From: Calditrichia bacterium
GTDB lineage: Bacteria; Calditrichota; Calditrichia; JAJRVZ01
DNA length: 64,000 nucleotides
NCBI GenBank assembly: GCA_963796965.1
Contig: CAWCNS010000002.1
Span: 192,001 to 256,000, forward strand
Direction: 5' to 3'
Shown here: in pieces, positions 60,259-64,000 of the stretch
Layout of the letters: each line of letters opens with the position of its first letter
Position numbering within the stretch: position 1 is the first letter of the stretch
The notes under the pieces: generated by a model
Told to the model about the DNA's origin: nothing
The model's database searches: none
The model's input: the letters and a program-made list of their open reading frames with translations, nothing else
Program-made: the position numbers and the translations under genes

Positions 60259-62394
60259 ATGTTTAAAATCGTACTATTTATCATATTTTTCTTGCTTGCC
60301 TGTAAAGGAAACAATCAGATGAAACAAAATGAGGGTCTGAGTACCCATAACCATAAAAATCACCTGGCCAATGAGACCAGTCCCTACCTCCTACAACATG
60401 CCGATAATCCTGTTGATTGGTACCCCTGGGGTGAAGAAGCCCTTGGGAAGGCAAAGAAAGAGGATAAACCGATTCTACTCAGTATCGGATATGCCGCTTG
60501 TCACTGGTGTCACGTCATGGAACATGAGTCGTTTGAAGATTCTGCAACCGCGAAACTTATGAACGAGCTCTTTGTCTGTATTAAAGTTGATCGGGAAGAA
60601 CGGCCAGATATCGATCAAATTTACATGAAATTTGTGCAGATGACAACTGGCAGCGGTGGCTGGCCACTCAATGTTTTTCTTACACCAGATCAGGAACCAT
60701 TTTATGGTGGCACCTATTTCCCGCCCGATGATCGATATGGACGTGCTTCCTGGACAAAAGTATTACAATCGGTAGACAATTTTTATCGTAAAAATAAAGA
60801 TCAACTCGAGCAGAACATTACTCAGGTTAAAAAGGAATTTCAAAAAATTGAGGATGATGGTTCTCTTTCTGAGATCCCTGATCAATCAATTTTGAAAAAT
60901 AGCGTTGAGAGATTATCATCTATGTATGATCCAAACTTTGGTGGCCTCGGTCGGGCACCAAAATTTCCAGCCGTCTATCCCTTGTCCTCTTTCCTGCGTT
61001 ATTATAATATTAGTAGGGATCAACAGTACCTGGATATGGTTACACATTCACTCAAAAAAATGGCCAATGGGGGAATTTATGACCACCTTGGCGGCGGATT
61101 TGCTCGTTATTCCGTTGATGACAAATGGCTGGTTCCTCATTTTGAAAAAATGCTCTATGATAATGCCCAGTTAGTTCCCCTATACCTCGACACCTATTTA
61201 CTTAATGGCGATGAATACTTCTTGCAGGTTGTCAAAGAAATTTTAGAATTTGTTGTAAGAGAGCTGATGTCACCCGAGGGTGGATTTTTTTCCAGTCTTG
61301 ATGCAGACAGTGAGGGCATTGAGGGAAAGTTTTATGTATGGGATAAATCTGAGATTGATCAGTTACTTGGAGCCGAAAAGAGTGAACTCTTTTGCTATTA
61401 TTACAGCGTATCAGACCAGGGAAATTTTGAGCATAAAAACATCCTCAATGTTCATACTGATATGAATTCAGTCGCAGAACGGTTTAAAAAAACGCCTGAA
61501 GAATTCAGGCAAATGCTTAATGAATCGAAAAAAATTTTGATGGAACATCGCGACCGGCGCATCCGTCCCGGATTGGATGATAAAGTTTTGACTTCCTGGA
61601 ACGGACTTATGCTCACTGCTTTTGCCCGCGCCTACCAGGTTACCAGAGATGAGTCTTATGCAACCGTGATCCGGGACAATATCGCCTTCCTGAAAAAAAA
61701 TCTTTATAATTTAGATCATCTGTGGAGAACATTTAATAAAGGTCAGGCTAAATATCAGGCCTATTTGGATGATTATGCTTTTCTGATACAGGGGCTACTC
61801 GATGCTTACGAGGCCGTTTTCGATCCTTCATATCTAGACTGGGCCCATGAACTTTTACAGTATTCAAATAAAAAGTTCTGGGATAAGGACAAGGGTGGGT
61901 ATTTTTATACCTCTTCTGATCAGGAAGATTTATTTGATCGCCTGAAAGACGAACACGATCAATCTATCCCCTCAGCTACATCGATTATGATGCTCAATAA
62001 TCTGCGTTTTTATTCCTTAACCGAAGATAGCAAATTATTAGCCTTTGCTGAAGAGGTACTTAAAAAATATGGACAGCAAATTTCCGGAAATCCCTATGGA
62101 TATGCCAGTTATTTGTTAGGATTGGATTTCTATCAGCAAAAGCCAAAGGAAATTGTCCTGGTTGTCCCCGATGACGTTAAGATGGATGAGTATGCGGAGG
62201 TGATTTATAAGAGATATTTCCCAAATAAAGTCGTCGTTCGGTTAGAAGAGAATCAACAAATTCCCTCGCTCTCGGCTTCTCTATTAAAAGGCAAGAAACC
62301 AATTGATGGAAAATTAACAATCTATGTCTGTCATAATTTTGCCTGTAGCCCACCAGTATTTACACATCAGGATTTTGAGAAATTATTAGATTAA
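60259..62394 (+). CDS. yyaL: Thioredoxin-domain protein YyaL/SSP411 (DUF255 plus alpha/alpha barrel)
   Basis: [51 protein letters not shown] and [12 protein letters not shown]-terminal LLAC lipobox. Confidence 0.93.
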   Translation: MFKIVLFIIFFLLACKGNNQMKQNEGLSTHNHKNHLANETSPYLLQHADNPVDWYPWGEEALGKAKKEDKPILLSIGYAACHWCHVMEHESFEDSATAKLMNELFVCIKVDREERPDIDQIYMKFVQMTTGSGGWPLNVFLTPDQEPFYGGTYFPPDDRYGRASWTKVLQSVDNFYRKNKDQLEQNITQVKKEFQKIEDDGSLSEIPDQSILKNSVERLSSMYDPNFGGLGRAPKFPAVYPLSSFLRYYNISRDQQYLDMVTHSLKKMANGGIYDHLGGGFARYSVDDKWLVPHFEKMLYDNAQLVPLYLDTYLLNGDEYFLQVVKEILEFVVRELMSPEGGFFSSLDADSEGIEGKFYVWDKSEIDQLLGAEKSELFCYYYSVSDQGNFEHKNILNVHTDMNSVAERFKKTPEEFRQMLNESKKILMEHRDRRIRPGLDDKVLTSWNGLMLTAFARAYQVTRDESYATVIRDNIAFLKKNLYNLDHLWRTFNKGQAKYQAYLDDYAFLIQGLLDAYEAVFDPSYLDWAHELLQYSNKKFWDKDKGGYFYTSSDQEDLFDRLKDEHDQSIPSATSIMMLNNLRFYSLTEDSKLLAFAEEVLKKYGQQISGNPYGYASYLLGLDFYQQKPKEIVLVVPDDVKMDEYAEVIYKRYFPNKVVVRLEENQQIPSLSASLLKGKKPIDGKLTIYVCHNFACSPPVFTHQDFEKLLD

Positions 62395-62508
62395 TAGTAT
62401 AAATAATTTTTAAATACGTCTTCAATGATCCTAATAAAGTCACGAATTAAACTAATCGGGTCTCGTCAAATTTGGGACTATTGTAATCGGAAAATAGAAA
62501 TTAATATA

Positions 62509-63586
62509 CTATAACCATAGAATAAAGACAGATACTGCAAGTATTATTAACGCCCCTATAGGAAGGAACCAACGTGTGCGACGATCAATTTTTTCTCCGC
62601 GTTCCTTTTTTTCATATTCAACCAGATGTTGTACCCAGGTACTTTCGAGGATGAGTGCTGTGGCAAATATGTAACATATGGTGAGGAGTATGTCGAGAAA
62701 GGTTGGATAATGAAGTCTTGGCAAACTGTTACTGATGACCGTATGTGTCGCAACAACGGTAAGTAAAGCAATGAATCCTAAGCGAATTCGATCAGCCGGT
62801 TGTATCCAAAATGCGCTCCATGTCAACACCATAACAAACATAAGCGGCATCAGAATCCGCAATAAGTAATGCCCTTCATGCCGACTGGCGTAAATGCGAA
62901 AAAGATAAGTCGAGAAATCCCGCTCATCGCGTATCTCTGAACGCATGCTATGAAAAGCCTCAACACCCAGTACCGCCCATTCAGGTGTATGAAAATCCGG
63001 ATCCATACCAAGTTGCTCTTTATTGACGATCAAAACAAGGTCTGCGTTATCCCAGACAAATGATTGAAGTTCAAAATCGAAGACCTGGTCGTCAAATGGG
63101 AATCGTCTCATATCAAGATCAGCATTAATAACCGCTCCAAATCGTTCTTCATACTGGACCGTCCCATCCCCAAAAATGATTAGTTCAATACTTTCTGTTG
63201 AACGCTGTTCAACTTCATTTTGAATTTCAATATCGGGTGACCATATTTCACTTAACTTTTCTTCAGCCTCTTCTTCCAAAAACACCATAGATTCAATGGC
63301 TTCAGAAGAAAAAGCCAATCGTTCATCCTTCCAGGACAGATCGACAAACATTTCAATTTCAAAATTTGGAAATGCTTCGGAAGGTGCCGAAACCCGACTC
63401 AATCCGATAAGATAGGCCCCAATAATTACTTCTGTGGGACTACTTGGCGGTGAAACAGACTGTTGGTGTATCGTCCAAATTTGACGTACTTCTCACATTA
63501 ACAGGACGTGCCAGGGTCATAGATGTCAATAAAAATATCAGGACAGAAGCAATAAATAGGCGATGTATCCAATAATTAAAATCCAT
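62509..63586 (-). CDS. Prokaryotic pentameric ligand-gated ion channel (GLIC/ELIC-like); frameshift at ~63460-63500
   Basis: Signal peptide from ATG 63586; PTEVIIGAYL, WKDERL, WSPDIEIQN, DGTVQY, Pro-loop DMRRFPFDDQ; four TM helices including M2 DRIRLGFIALLTVVA and LPRLHYPT. Confidence 0.9.
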
Positions 63587-63635
63587 TGTTTGAACCTTTT
63601 AATAGGTTATATATTCTATTAATTTATTGTGATCC

Positions 63636-64000
63636 TCATTTGCATAGGGCGTGTTGTTCATCTCTCTGAATTTTTTTTAATTTTGCGGTGTATAACCACG
63701 CCACAAACTTATCCGGTAGTAAACTGTAGAACGTCCAATTAAGAAATTTATTTTTTATAACCAGGTATCTGATCTTAGGTTTGACTTTTGTTAAGGCTAT
63801 ATGGATGACACCCGCTATTGCCCGATCAGACAGGCTTTTCTTTTTCGACCTGGAAATATTATCAAAAGCATATTTTAAGATCGGGAAGTAGCCGGTATGC
63901 TTATAGATCGAAAGATCTGGTATTTTATCCCAAATTGGCGTAAGAACATTTCCCGGCTCGATAACGATCACTTTGATCCCATACATTAATAATTCTAACC
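63636..64000 (-). CDS. SDR oxidoreductase, C-terminal part (5' end outside the window)
   Basis: ELLMYGIKVIVIEPGNVLTPIW and KPKIRYLV, typical of SDR C-termini. Confidence 0.75.
   Translation of the reverse strand, partial: LELLMYGIKVIVIEPGNVLTPIWDKIPDLSIYKHTGYFPILKYAFDNISRSKKKSLSDRAIAGVIHIALTKVKPKIRYLVIKNKFLNWTFYSLLPDKFVAWLYTAKLKKIQRDEQHALCK

Overview
AT-rich bacterial chromosome segment, probably from the FCB superphylum and most like Calditrichota (inferred from the T9SS/FlgD-type C-terminal domain, the Bacteroidota-like efflux locus and the repeat families; not verified). About a dozen genes carry single-base insertions, which look like long-read errors rather than real pseudogenes. Contents in order: a menG-menF-menD menaquinone operon, recQ, a hexapeptide acyltransferase, a membrane hydrolase, and a secreted pair including an M23 peptidase. 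Then a DDAH/VOC/two-component (NtrC-type) operon lies divergent from a ~24.5 kb sigma-54 operon: one membrane fusion protein, two ABC ATPases, eight tandem MacB/FtsX-type duplicated permeases, three extra permease 3'-end scars, a decayed four-helix-bundle gene and two small genes absent or broken in the ORF track. After that come LysE, two PilZ proteins, an active/inactive M14 peptidase pair, a nitroreductase, a GHMP kinase-HGSNAT-like-HAD cluster, a beta-barrel OMP, a sulfatase, a PDZ protein, a TonB C-domain, an ECF sigma/anti-sigma/DUF4097 operon, an M28 peptidase, YyaL, a prokaryotic pentameric ligand-gated ion channel and an SDR. Many intergenic gaps hold periodic (7- or 8-10-nt unit) inverted-repeat elements, GTAG-type REPs or tiny hairpin insertions. 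The strongest candidates for undescribed biology are the permease array with its turnover scars and the filled/empty periodic inverted-repeat elements. I saw no rRNA, tRNA, CRISPR array, integrase, transposase or reverse transcriptase.
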